Positions 42,112 to 56,149 are shown, counted from the first letter of the stretch. The stretch: DNA of 64,000 bases from Octopus sinensis (GCF_006345805.1 NC_043010.1:20956001-21020000), one strand, 5' to 3'. Numbers and translations are program-made. The notes: a model not told the origin generated them from the letters alone.

Positions 42112-42390
42112 ATTGATGATGATGATAATGGTGATGATAATAATGATGATAATGATGGTGGTGGTGGTGGTGGTGGTGATGATGACAATGATGATAATAA
42201 TAGTGGTGATGGTGGTGGAGGTCATGATGATGATAATGATGGTGGTGGTGAGGATGATGATGGTGGTAGTGGTGGTGAAGATGATGATGATGATGATGAT
42301 GATAATAATGATAGTGGTGGTGGTGGTCATGATCATGATCATGATAATAATGGTGATGATGATGATGATAATGATGGTGGTGGTGGCGGT

Positions 42391-42421
<31 letters not shown>

Positions 42422-42445
42422 CTGCTGCTGATGATGATGATGAGA
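42112..42445. repeat. (GAT)/(GGT)/(AAT) compound trinucleotide array
   Basis: Directly visible. Confidence 0.95.
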
Positions 42446-42483
42446 ATGGAAATACATAATAATACACAAAAAAGAGTATAGCT

Positions 42484-43040
42484 GCAGGCATGACTGGGTA
42501 TGTGAGAGGGTGCTTTGGGATGTTAGCCGAATGTGTGGCTTGGAAATAACAAGTAAGCGGGGCCTCTGATAGGGTGTAAGAATTACAGGATTTTGTGGGG
42601 ATTTCTTTGTAAAACCTGACCATACTATTGAAGCAGGGAGACCAGATATCATTACAGAGGACGAGAGAAACAAACTGTAAGATCACAGACTTTGCAATGC
42701 CATATGATGACAGAGATGATTGCAAAGAAATTGGAAGAAAAAAAAAGGGAGTGAAATATCAGGAGCTAGGCTTCGAGTTGAAGATATTGTGAAGAAGTAT
42801 TTCTGTGGTAACGGGTGCACTTGGCACAAAACCCAAACTCCTATCTAAGAGACTGAATAATGGCGGAACTGAGACACGTATTATCGAATTGCAAGAAAAT
42901 GCAGTCCTGTATTCTGCAAGAATCTTAAGAAAGATTCTTGAGATTTGAGGAGACGTGTTTCCACCAAACCTCGAAACAGTATTCCTGCTAAACAAACAAT
43001 ATAAAATTGGGATAGTATTGGAGTAATAATAATAATAATT
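42484..43040 (+). mobile_element. 3' fragment of an R4/Dong-like non-LTR retrotransposon (restriction-like endonuclease domain)
   Basis: Frameshifted RHDW...ILW.DFFVKPDHTIEAGRPDII...DFAMPYD...KYQEL...GALG...SARILRKILEI* (stop 42946-42948); (TAA)n tail at about 43023-43040. Confidence 0.82.
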
Positions 43041-43331
43041 CTTAACTTAGGCTTACAAGCATAGATTATTATTATTTTTTTTTGAGTGAGATTTTTATCG
43101 GTGCCTAAAAATGATTAGTTCTTAATTTATAGCTCTCTAGCACCGGAAGGCGATGTTGGCGGTGATAGAGGTAATTGTGTTGGTGGTGTTTATTGGCGAT
43201 ATTGGTGGTGGTTGTAGAGGTATCTGTGGTCGTGGAGGTATTTGCAGTGGTTATGGTTGTGGTATGTGTGATGGCTGTGGTAAGTTGTGTCATGAGAGCG
43301 CTTGTACACATGTTTGGTTTCGCGGTGTTTA

Positions 43332-43386
<55 letters not shown>

Positions 43387-43429
43387 TACAATATACTCAC
43401 AAACACACACTCACATATATTCATATTCA

Positions 43430-43590
43430 ACGAGCTTCTTTCAGTTTCCGTCTACCAACTACACTCACTAGGCTTTCGTCGTCCCGAAGCTATAGTAGAA
43501 GACACTTGCCCAAGGTACCAGGCAGTGGGACTGAACCTGGAACCATGTGGCTGCAAAAAAAACTTCTTACCACACAACCACGCCTGCACC
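43430..43590 (-). mobile_element. SINE family B, 5' half
   Basis: CTTCTTTCAGTTTCCGTCTACCAA..GAAGACACTTGCCCAAGG. Confidence 0.78.
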
Positions 43591-43689
43591 TATGACTCAG
43601 GTGGAGCCAAATGGTGGGGGATGAAGGAGGCACAAGTGGTAAGGATTATGAAGATGAGGAGAAAGTGATGGAAGGGGTGGCGATGTTTG

Positions 43690-44250
43690 GTGCGAGTGTT
43701 GTTGTTGTTGTTGTTGTAGGTGGTGGTGGTGGTGACGGTATTGGTGTCATTTGTGTTGATGATGATGATGGTGGTGGTGACGATAGTGGTGATAATAGTG
43801 GTGGCGATGGTGGAGTGACCGCAGTGCTAGTGGAGGAGGCGGTGAGCATATATAGCCCGTTGATAGATGATGATGATGACGACGATGATGACGACGATGA
43901 TAATGATGATCTTCATAATGATGAGGTGGAGGAGGATGAGAAGGATGATGATGATGATGATAATGATGATAACGATAATGATGATTATGATGACGACGAT
44001 GACCACGATGATAATGATGATGATGACGATGATGAGGTGGAGGTGGATGAGAAGTATGATGATAATGATGATGACGACGATAATGGTGATGATGCTGATG
44101 ATGATGAACACGATGATAATAATGAGGACGAGAAGGAGAAGAAGGAGGAAGGGAGGGTGATAGTAGTAGTGGTATTGGGGATGACGATGACGATGATGAC
44201 GATGAGGATGATGATGAAGAGTGGAATAGTGCTAGGTGGAGGTGGAGGTT
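43690..44250. repeat. Degenerate (GAT)/(GGT)/(GAC) array
   Basis: Directly visible. Confidence 0.9.
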
Positions 44251-44580
44251 GATAGACATGGGAGAAATGTTGGAATTACATAGAATGGATGGCATAATAT
44301 TGGAAAATCAATTAAAGATTTAGAAGAAAATGTACGAAAGAGTCGATAAAACTCAGTTACAGACTGCAAGGATATGTATGTATGCGTGTATGCATGTATG
44401 TACACACACATATGCATATATGTATATATGTATGTATCTGTATATGTATGTATGTATGAATGAATGCATGCATGTAAGTATGTTTGTATGTATGTCTCTG
44501 TGTGTGTATGCACGTATGCTTGTATGCAAGTATCTAAGCATGTGTATTTACATATGTAAGTGAGGATGTTTGTCAGTATG

Positions 44581-44674
<94 letters not shown>

Positions 44675-44757
44675 GTATGTATATATATATGTATATATAT
44701 ATATATGCATGTATATATATATATATAATATATATATATATATATAATATTTATTTA

Positions 44758-44798
<41 letters not shown>

Positions 44799-45125
44799 AT
44801 AGATACAGACATTTTGAATCTACAAACATGTTGAATACATATGTACATACATATATAATGCATACAAATTAAATGCGCGCACACACACAAACGTTTTCTA
44901 CGTGTAATACATATATGTATACATACGTATGAATGTATGTCTGTTATGTGTGTACATGTATGCATATGTGTATGAATTCATACACACGTATACACACATA
45001 TATGTATGTGCGTATACGTATGTGTTTTTGTGTGTGGATATATGCAGGTATATATGTTTGGTCACATGTATGTATATGTGCTAGCGTGTATAGAGTAATG
45101 TAAATCAGAGCGTACGATGCACAAG

Positions 45126-45159
<34 letters not shown>

Positions 45160-45160
45160 A

Positions 45161-45219
<59 letters not shown>

Positions 45220-45838
45220 ATATGTATATACACATATATACATACATAGGTGTGTTTGTGTATAATGTGCGTGAGGCACGTCTGGTGCTCTTGAATGTCG
45301 GAAAGAGAGAGAGGGGGAGAAAGAGGGAGAGAGAGAGAGAGAGAGAAAAGGAAATAACACGTAGACACACAGACATAAAGGGGCTGATGGAAATATTGGG
45401 AAAATGAACGACGAAAGGTGAATCAATGAGGCTATTTAGTTAAGAATGGACGTTGAAGATTAGAAGGAATTTAAACAAAATTCTGCAAATATTGGTTTCT
45501 TTTGAAGAGCAAAATTTGCTATAATCTTAAGACAATAGAAAAGTGAGGAACCGTGACGTTCATGCATTTCCTAAAAATAATCGTCTTCCAGACGTGATTC
45601 ATCGTAAGCCGAAATCTTGTTCTTCAGCCTCTCTCTATACGTTTAATAAATATTGAACCTTCGGTCGTTCGTTCGCTTTGTCGATGTTGTTGCTGTGATG
45701 CGCTGCGCAGAATCCAGTTCTATTGACACATACGTACATACATACACACATACATACATACATACATACATACATACATACATACATACATACATACATT
45801 CACATACACACACATACATATATATTTTTATACATACA

Positions 45839-45876
<38 letters not shown>

Positions 45877-46103
45877 CAATAGTAAAAGAGAGAGAAGTCA
45901 TGCTTCTTCGTTCATAGTCGTACACGCTTCTAATTTGTCGCTGGGCCGACAGCGTCAAATTGTTAATAAATATATAAAAATATAGAGAGGGGGAGAAGAG
46001 CAGTCAAAAACGCCCAACTCCATGCGTGTAGAATGGCCGTTTTTTTAAATAAGACAAGGGCATGGAGTTGTTTTTTTAACTGCTCTTCTCCGCCTTTCTA
46101 TAT

Positions 46104-46336
46104 ATCTGCAAGAAGGACCTAAAGCTATGCCAGATCAACACCCAAACATGGGAATCCGCCGCTGCCGACAGACGCGCCTGGCGACACAGTGTCAAGCACG
46201 GTGCCATGACAGCAGAGAACCTGAGGACCATTACTGCCAAACTAAAGAGAACCAGGCGAAAGGAGCAGCAGCAGCAACCACAGCTCTCGTCCCCTTTCAC
46301 TTGCACCAGATGTGGTAGAGACGGATGCTGAAGGAT
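46104..46336 (+). mobile_element. 3' fragment of a second RTE-clade LINE
   Basis: ICKKDLKLCQINTQTWESAAADRRAWRHSVK...FTCTRCGRDGC parallels the C-terminus of the 28-32 kb RTE. Confidence 0.78.
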
Positions 46337-46367
46337 GTGTACGTACGCCGCTATGGTTATAGAAAAA

Positions 46368-46765
46368 GGATACCAAAAATGAGACAAGAACGTAAAAGAT
46401 CCAGAAAGACGATAAAAAAAAAACAAGGACGGGTTGTTCGGAGTTTCCTTTCTTCAGTTGAATTTCAAATTATCTTTACAATTTCAGCTGGTTATACTTG
46501 AGATTACTCCAATCTGGCCAGCCCCAAGGAAAAACTAAGCTAAGAGCACTAGATTCATTGGATCAGTAAATGCATACGAAAACAAAGACAGAAAAAGCGA
46601 AGAAATGGTACACAAATACAAATGCCAGATTGTGGTAATCTCGAGTATAACCTGCCAAAATTGCAAAGATAATCTGGAACTCGACTGAAGAAAGAAAACT
46701 CCGAATGACCCGTCCTTATTTTTTGAATCGTCTGTCTGGATGTTTTGCGTTCTTGTCTCATTTTT
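46368..46765. repeat. Inverted pair of a (TA)n-associated repeat family (46368-46520 vs 46625-46765); third copy at 34088-34280
   Basis: AATGAGACAAGAACG..AAGGACGGGT..CGGAGTT in opposite orientations. Confidence 0.75.
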
Positions 46766-46797
46766 GGTATTCCTTATATATATATATATTATATATA

Positions 46798-46872
<75 letters not shown>

Positions 46873-47244
46873 TTGTTTGAGGGAATATAAATCCAAACTT
46901 ACAGGGAAAAAAATTCAATTTAGCAATACTGAATCAAATCTCACACAATATATATATAAAGAATTAGAAAAAATACCCTTTTATCATGGTGTAATTTAAT
47001 TATTCAGTTTGAATTGATAAAAGGTGTTTTTTTTCTAATTTTATATATATATATATACACCACACACACAATTTGACGCTATCGGCCCATAAACAGATTA
47101 GAATCGTGTTCGACTATGAACGAAGAAGCACGACTTCCGTCTCTTTTACTCTAAAATATTGCATAGCTTGAACTACGAATAGATGTGGATAAATGAAGGC
47201 AAACATATCTTAAAGTTATGCATAATTTTTCACAAAATATGGAG

Positions 47245-47344
47245 AATACAACTGAAGATCGTAGTATGTACTTATTTTAAGTAAATTAATTTTTTTAATT
47301 GATTTATGTAGTTTGTACATCGAACGTGAAACTAGTCTTGTATT
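47245..47344 (+). ncRNA. Minimal type-I hammerhead ribozyme, intact core
   Basis: AATACAA/TTGTATT perfect 7-bp stem I; CTGAAGA 47252-47258; stem II CGT/ACG plus ATGTAC/GTACAT; GAAAC-TA-GTC with palindromic ACTAGT. Confidence 0.78.
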
Positions 47345-47742
47345 AACCACTCTGACCTTAAGATAGACTTCATTTCTCTCGCTCGCCTTAAATCATTTTC
47401 GTACCAAGTAGAAGTACCCTTGGTTTATCTAAAAACAACGGCCATTCAACACGCTTGGGGCTGGGTATTTAACTGCGCTTCTCCCCCTCTCTATATCTTT
47501 ATATATATATATGCACACACACACACAAACAAACACACGCATACTGTATGTAATGATGACATCGTAAAAATGTAGAAACTTCGGTAATGTGAAATAATTA
47601 GTTTTAGGAGTGGTGAATCTCGAAGCAAATAAAGCTATAAATAACAGCGTGTAAATAGAGTCGAAGATATATATGTGTATATGTTAACTGTATATATTTA
47701 TATGAGTGTGTATGTATATATATATGTGTGTGTGTGTGTGTG

Positions 47743-47787
<45 letters not shown>

Positions 47788-47891
47788 AATCCAAACGGAA
47801 AAACAAAAAAACAACAACAGTGGAACAAATACAGTATTATTATTAATAGGCGCTCAGGAGATATGGAAGCAGGAATATATATATATATATA

Positions 47892-47957
<66 letters not shown>

Positions 47958-47967
<10 letters not shown>

Positions 47968-48142
47968 TTAGAGACAAAACCACTATTATGCAATCAAACA
48001 AAGAAGACTTAATCCATTACATAAAATTTTTTATATAAATTAAATATAATTATATTTAATTTATATAAAAAATTTTATGTATTGGATTAAGTCTTTCTTT
48101 GTTTGATTTGCATAATAGTCGTTTTGTCTCTAATAATATTAT
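47958..48142. repeat. Near-perfect spacer-less palindrome of about 185 bp
   Basis: Centre AAATATAA|TTATATTT at 48049/48050; arms GAGACAAAAC...GTTTTGTCTC. Confidence 0.9.
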
Positions 48143-48234
48143 ATTATATTTTGCTATAAAATTGGATTCAATCCTAAATCTGATTTTTCCGTGTAAATTT
48201 TGATTTATTCCCTAATATTTATTATATATATATA

Positions 48235-48265
<31 letters not shown>

Positions 48266-51200
48266 CATATCCACATATATGCATAACACAGGCACGCGCA
48301 TTAGGAAGCGTTTCCTTTTTAAACTTATTGAAATGCAGTTGGGTTCTGTTTTTAAGAAGGTCTCTCAATATTTTCTTTAGAAGCGCATTTTAGTTTCACT
48401 GTAAACTTTCGTAATGCATTATCACGTGTTCTTGGTATTCGTGGTCTCACCAGTATGAAGTGATGATGGCGTGCGTTACTGCCACTTTGTGGTAGGAAAA
48501 CTTAGTATGATTGCTATCGGCATTACCGCCTTAGTTTGAGTCGCTGACCGTTATTTATTTCTATCTGTCATGAGAGTATGGTACGCCTGTTTTGCCGTTA
48601 GGGTAGTGCTGTGTTTTTACCAATATTTGTTTGAAAACAAATTGTAGAGACGCGTTACCTTGTCACTCTCACGTTCGTAAATATATTGAAGTAATGATTG
48701 CTTCGTTTGAATCTATGACCAATTTCGCCATCGTTCACAAAACCTTACACTCGACATAGATATAGGTGTGAGCTGAAACCAAAGAGGAGACAACGGCGAA
48801 GGGAGCCTCCATGTTGTTTCGCAAATTGGCAGAAATAACCGTCGCATCTCTCTCAAATTATCCTATCCTCTTAAACAAGGGGTTGATAATATGGTTGTAG
48901 ATAAATAAATGGTATGGTCACGACTGGAACGACATACATTATAAATATCCACGACCAAAGTTGCCATGGAACATAAAAATATTGCAAGAAATGACGTGGA
49001 AATAACTAAAATGTGAGATGATAAATTTCTATATTGAGTAAAGGAAAACAGTTCTTCGTTTTAGAATTAACAGTTTGATTTCACTGGATTAATTACCGTT
49101 TCTTGAGGACAGAGTTTCCTTATATTCTCTCTTTTGCTTTTTCTCTTTCTCTCTTTTCCTCCCCTCTCTCTCTCTCTCCCTCTTTCTTTCTTTTTTTTCT
49201 TACTTTTTGCAATATGATAAAAAGCAAACACAAGTTATGGACTGTGCGGAATGGTGTATGTGTGAAACGACGCGGAGAAAAATGAGTTTTCATGTGGAAA
49301 CTAACGTCCATTACTGTTTTTCTAATGAAACTGATACGCGATTGGACGACAGCTAAGACAGAAGTTCAAGGTTGATTGTGAAACCATGTTTTTTTTAAAA
49401 ATGATCTGAGTGGTGATTAGTAGCTTAGCAGTTCTTATGATAACAAGCAATGTGTCCAAGAGAAGTTATCATCTACAGATGATTTTGAAGTAGAAGAGGA
49501 AAGCATTTATTTTAAAAATCTACCTCAGCTGTTGGTACTTAAGAAGAATTATCGACTAAAACGTTATCAGGTAGGAGATATGAAAAATCGAAATTGGAGC
49601 AGATGTTTGCGATTTGTTCTTATTTTATCTCCGAAGAAAGTGCTGAACTTATTAGCAAGTGTTGATGCCTTCGCGGCGAATGGACGGAACATTCATTTCT
49701 TCTGTCAATCATTTTACTGTGAAGAATCGAAAAATTTATTTGCTGAATTTTAATTTCCATGGCAAAATCTATGTTCCGTTCTGGAACTTACATTTGAAAG
49801 CATAAAGATCGATATTCCACATAACATTTGCCGATATCCGGACCCATTTTTATATACCTCCTCCCCACCACTTTCTGATCTCATCTATTTCTCTGTTTAA
49901 CAACGCTAGTTTTCTTACAGTGGCAAATTTTTTTTCTTTTATTGCCTGTGTACAACTAGAGTGTACTTAAAATTTCGACACGAGCATCATGAAATCTTCT
50001 GGTAAAAGATAAGAAATCCTCGGAGAAAATTGTTTCAACTAATATCTGGTAGCAAGAAATTCCAATGAATGTCTTTCGTGATTTATTATTGTTGGTTTTT
50101 AAGCCCCAGGTCAACTCGAATCACACAGAGTTATATGATCAAAGATCCTTTAGTAGTGACTTCTGACGTCTCTCAATCATAGTTCATTGAGGACTAGAAT
50201 ATTCTGTGCGTTGCTCTCTTTAAGATGCTAGGATGTGATATGCGGAATTAATTGGCTATTTCTAAGAAGGTCAAATAATATAAGAGAGTACCCCCGCGTC
50301 GTTTGGGAGATTCCATTAGTACGATTCTTGCTTATTTAATATTTTCTTATTCATTTCTTTCTCAAAATCAATTTGTAAATAATGGCAACAATCTTAATAA
50401 TGAATTTGCAATGAATTACGTTTGATGTATAGCAAAGTCTAACAATGATTTGTTGTAACAATCCACATAAATATCCTGTTTATCGATTCTCGAATCGTGA
50501 TGACATTAACATATGCCTACGCCATTGAAGCTGGCTAATTCTTATGCCAGGCACGATCAACTAAATTTAAGGACAAAGGTTCTCTAGATGTGGCTATTCA
50601 CTTCCCTCTTTTTTCTTCTTACTTAATTTTTAAAACCTGTAACGTGTGATGTGAAAAATTTGGTTACTATTGCCAGCAACTCGAGCGACCATGTAGAGGT
50701 TCTCTTGTTAATTCATTGAATATAAGTAGGTACTTCGTCCGAAATCAGCTCCGATCCGGCAGACAAGTGACCAAAGATATCCAACAGATACAGTGCATCT
50801 AGGATTACATTATTCAATGTGTAGTAACTCCTCTAAGGCGACAGGGTGTGGTTTGAGGAAGATTTTACTACTATTTCCAGCATGCTGCTCAGCAAGTAGA
50901 TGTTCGTTCATCCGGACACCCAACAGGACTAAAACCAAGACCTATCGAAGCCCGGATAAGATCCCTGTGACCAACGGCCATCTAGTTGGGGGAAGGCAAT
51001 GGCACACCACCCCAGTATCTCTGCCAAGAAAACACTTTGAGTAAGTCAGAACGAAGTAACGCTATGGCCCCATTCAAAGAAAGAACTCTCGCTTAATCGA
51101 GAAAACTTTTTTTGTAGTGTCATCAACGCTGCGTACGATACATGGCCACCATGACTTATACATAGAACCAATTTGGTTAAAACATAAAAATGCTAGTTTT

Positions 51201-51329
51201 CTCGGTCATAAATACACAATGTCTTAATTGAAAAGTAATGCGCCAGCTCTATCATTCGGTCCTTATAAGAGAAGAGGTTGGCGAAAAAGCCAAACTCACT
51301 ATCTTCAATTCAATTTTCGAGCCTATCCC

Positions 51330-51760
51330 CACCAGTGGTCATGAACGTTGAGTAATAACCGAAAGTGTACAATGGCGATGGGGAGCGGCCAAAATGGGGC
51401 TCCTCCGGGAGATCCCTGGAATAACTTTACTTGACAGGATGTGTAACTCGAAAATCAGGGAGTCTCTCCATGTCGAACTGTTACTTCCCAGCATTGAGAG
51501 GTCATACCTCCCGGCACTACGGACATGTAATAAGAATGTTGCAGAGAAGTATGGTAGGACAGATTCTTCAAGTTGAGCCATGGAGCTGGAGGAGATCTAA
51601 AGGCAGGCCAAGAGCGAGAGGGTTGGATAATATCTCTAGCATCAGTTAGAAATACTTGGAAATCCAACCAGAGATTTTAATGACGGTTGCTTCAGGTAGG
51701 GGCCTATAGAGGTGCTGTTTGAGGACTCTACTCCAACACCCTTCGTAGGAATAGTGGACG
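51330..51760 (+). mobile_element. 3' fragment of an RTE/RTE-X-like LINE
   Basis: GHE...AAKMGLLREIPGITLLDRMCNSKIRESLHVE...GHVIRM...GRPRARGLDNI across frameshifts. Confidence 0.75.
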
Positions 51761-52034
51761 GCGAAGATAGTTGGATGGTCATAGCAGGTTATATCGGTTT
51801 CATTATTTTACTAGCATTTGCCTTTAACGTCCCACACAAGAATAATGAAAGGCGAAGTAAATATTGACGTGATTCGAACTCTGAAGGTAAATGAAGGGAA
51901 GAAATTTAAATACAGCCTATGAATTTCTTTCTTTCTTTTTGCTGCCTATCGATTCTGGCAACTCATCATCTTCCGGTACGAGATTATTTATTTCAAGACT
52001 AATGAAGAAACGGATCTTCAAATAACAATTGAAA

Positions 52035-52272
<238 letters not shown>

Positions 52273-52881
52273 GGAAATAACAATGTAGTGCTTTTGTGTT
52301 TCTATTAAATTTTATTTCCAGCGGAAACGGATTGCTATTTAAACATTTAGAAATGTTGAGTGACATATTTTTTCTATTAACGAGGAGGACGTTTGGCAGA
52401 CCCAGTCACTTTGCTCCGCTCGCACGCCCTAACATCACATCAACTTGTTGGCTGACTATAATTTTCTCTCATCTCAATTTGATTAATAATTCAATTATTT
52501 TTCCCCTATTGTCTTTCAGTTTTCATTAATGTTAATAATTGAACAATAGCATTAGTGGGAAATATTTTTACACTGGTATCGTTACTGGATATTATTGTGT
52601 GTACTTGTCTGATCTGCCATTGTTTGTTGTCGGTCAGCTCGGTCGAATCAAGTCTTGAGGGAATGGTATTATACGTGGAAAGCGATCGGTTGCGTTTGTC
52701 GCCGTCGTCGTCGAGGCGGAGGGAGGGAGGGAGGGAGGGAGGAGGAGGAAGTGAAGCAGGGGCGGAGGAAGAGGAGAGACGGTGGAGAATAAGAAGAGCG
52801 ACCACTAATACGATCATCTGGTGCGTTCTTTTGCATTCTGCTTTGACACGTACTAATACACACGCACCCCCACCGCGCCTA

Positions 52882-52914
<33 letters not shown>

Positions 52915-53327
52915 GCACATTCATATACACATGAATACACAATATACATCAGATGTATGTATGTATGTATGTTTGCATCTATATGTACATGTATATACAG
53001 TATATATGAATATATGTGTGTGTGTGTGAGAGTGTGTGTATATATATATATATGCATATATGTGTGTGTGTATGTAAATATATATTTATGTGTGTGTGTT
53101 TATGTATATATATATATGGATGTGTAGGTGTGTAAATATACGTATATGTGTATAAATGTATATATGTATATATGTTTATGCGCCTATGCATACATACATA
53201 GACGCACACACACACAAATTCGTACTTCAGTGTATATGTATGTACTTGTGTGCGTGTGTGTATCTATGCATGCGTGTGTGTATGTATGTGTTCGTGTGTA
53301 TCATCTATGTATGCGTGTGTGTATGTA

Positions 53328-53358
<31 letters not shown>

Positions 53359-54180
53359 TGTGTGTGATACGTACGTACAGTGTTCTGTGTCGTTTCTGAT
53401 CGATACAAGTTTAGAACCAGTGTACAGAGCTGTCGTGCATGATATGAAACGGGTGGGGATAAACCAGGTGGTGGAACGGTTCCAGCGTGTTAAGGTCACT
53501 GATGGAAAAATGGAACGCGTTGCGCGTCGCTAGTATCACCAGAGCTGCCCATGGTCATCTGTCCTCTTGCATATCATTATGTTAATGTCGATCTTGTATG
53601 ACGCCAAGTTGTTGATAAAGTCACGTGACAAGTTCATTGGTTCTGCATTGTTTTTGTTCAGCCGGTCTAAGGCGGAGGAAAGTTGAAAGATAAATTACTA
53701 TGCACACGCTCATTATGTATGCAAGCATCTATTGATGTGTGTACGTATGTATCGTATGTATGTGTGGATGTATCGTTAAAGGAATTTATGCATGTATGCA
53801 AGTATGTTTGTGTATAGGAATGTATGCATGCATGTATACATGTATTTATATCCATGTGTATGCTTGTACGTATTTACGCACGTATGTGGATGTATGTATA
53901 TATGTATGTAAGCATGTATGTATCTGTAAGAGTACGTATGCATGGCCTGGGCTACTACTGTCCGAAACCTACCAAAGTATCAAATTATATAGGTATATGT
54001 GTGTGTGTGTGTGTGTATAAATATATACACGCATGCATACATATAAATATATACACACACCACACACATATATATGTATGTATACAAGCATATATGTATC
54101 TGTAAGAGTACTGTGTATGTTTGCATGCCCTGGGCCAATACTGGTCGAACCCTATCAATATATATAGATATATATATATA

Positions 54181-54225
<45 letters not shown>

Positions 54226-54316
54226 CCAGATAACCGGAGAGAGGGGTGTTGTGGATTTCCACTTCGGCATTTGAAACTCAGAGTTTTATCTTGACTATTG
54301 AGTAATTGTAACATAT

Positions 54317-54347
<31 letters not shown>

Positions 54348-54852
54348 GATATATATATATATATATATATATATACGTATGCATACATAAATAAATATAT
54401 ATATACCACACACACACGCATACATGTATGTATGTATGTATGTATGTATGTATGTATGTATGTATGTATGTATGTATGTATGTATGTATGTATGTATGTA
54501 TGAATGCATGTATTTATGTACGTATATTTGTGTAGGCGTCTACGTATATATGTATGCATGCATCTATCTATACCCACATCCTTATATGTATGTTTGTATG
54601 CACATATGTGGATATGCATTCATGTATGAACACATTAATGCACGCATAGGCGAATGCATTTATGTATGCATGCATTTATAAATCTATTTATGTTTGTTGA
54701 CTGTACGTACGGAAAAATGACGACATCAGATATTATTGTTATTAGATATTATGGGCCAAGAGCTGAAGTTTCCACAAGGCGACATCTTGTTGTGAATAGA
54801 GTGACAGAGTGTGTCTCTTCTGATATCTCGAAAAGTCCCTTTAAAATCCTCT

Positions 54853-55015
54853 TCTGCTAAAGGCGCAATGCCTGAAATTTCGAAGCGGGTGGCTCGTCGA
54901 TTACATCGACCCAAGAGCTTGACTGGTATGGTACTTGATTTATCGACACTGAAAGTATAAAAAGCATGTTCGATCTGGGCACTGTTTCAACTCACAACGT
55001 AAAGACGCACGAAAT
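54853..55015 (-). mobile_element. SINE family A, degenerate
   Basis: Tail and core motifs on the minus strand. Confidence 0.6.
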
Positions 55016-55021
55016 GTTTCT

Positions 55022-55260
55022 CTTGCCGAACCACTAATTTACGGGGATGTAACAACACCAACATCGGTTGCCAAGCGATGGTGGGGGAGGACAAACACAC
55101 ACACAAACACACACACATGTGAAGGGGTTCTTTCAGTTTTCATCTACCAAATCCGCTCAAAAGGCTTTGATCTATCCGTGGCTATAGTAGAAGGGGCCAC
55201 ACAGTGAGACTGAACCCGTAACGATGTGGTTGGGAAGCAAGCTTCTTACCATATAACCAT
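55022..55260 (-). mobile_element. SINE family B, with deletions
   Basis: Reverse-complement head and core motifs. Confidence 0.7.
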
Positions 55261-55936
55261 GAATGAATATAGGCATTCATGTATGCATAGCGTTTTATTT
55301 TGATATACTCAGTTGGTTGTTGGACTGCGGCCATGCCGGAGCACCGCCTTGAGTGTGTTTCTTTCTATTTATAGATAAACTCCATTTTGATTTTCATCCT
55401 TAGTCTTTTACTTATTCTATCGGACACGGCGGCGCAAACTAACCCACACCAGTTGTCAGTCGGTAAGAGACGAACGAAAGCGCACAAGCGCTCACATACA
55501 GAGTCCACAGAGCCGTAATCGAGAAGCTCTGCGGCAAACCAGCACTCAGTTCAAGGGGATTGTTTTCCATCCACATAGTCAGCAGGATATCATCACTGGA
55601 AAGCTACAGCAATGGGAAGAAGCATAACAAAATCCTACAGTCTACTCTAATAGCAGAAGTAAGTAAAACGACACAAAATGTACGAGGCCACTCCAGAGCT
55701 CATAGATTTTACTAGATTCAATAGTCTTCAGTTCATGCCCCAGAAAGGATGAAAGGCAAAGCTGACCTCAGCAGGATTCGAAAGTGTGTTACCAAATAAT
55801 GCGTTTCATAACTTTGGAGCTTACAAATGGCTCTAAAAATTCACCAGGAATTTATTGTGAAGAAGGAATCCGCTACAATTCTAGATAAATAGTTTCACAG
55901 CAACATCAATTAATATGATAATCACCACAATATACG

Positions 55937-55980
<44 letters not shown>

Positions 55981-56149
55981 CACGCACGCACAACACATGT
56001 ACGTGAATGTATATATTATTCATTGCTGTAGGTATGGCTGTTTAAGTAGTTCATATTCCAACCACGTATTTCCGCATTCGGTCATACTATGCTAATTGCG
56101 ATAAAGCACAAATACATCGCGATATAAAATAACAAGAACAAGAACAACA

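Noticed and set aside
43611-44252. 213-aa Asp-rich ORF resembling acidic biomineralisation proteins
   Set aside because: It is a degenerate (GAT)n array that is open in several frames on both strands, with no signal peptide or unique domain.
46680-46720. CTGAAGA-AAGAAAACTCC-GAAT-GACCC-GTC as a hammerhead
   Set aside because: GAAT instead of GAAA and no stem I complementarity.
49325-49395. CTGATAC-GCGATT...GATTGT-GAAACCATGTT
   Set aside because: Core deviates at two conserved positions, and the wobble-rich stems are plausible by chance.
52506-53127. Signal-peptide-like MIVLVVALLIL... ORF
   Set aside because: Arises from microsatellite plus (GGGA)n sequence; more likely UTR or intergenic.
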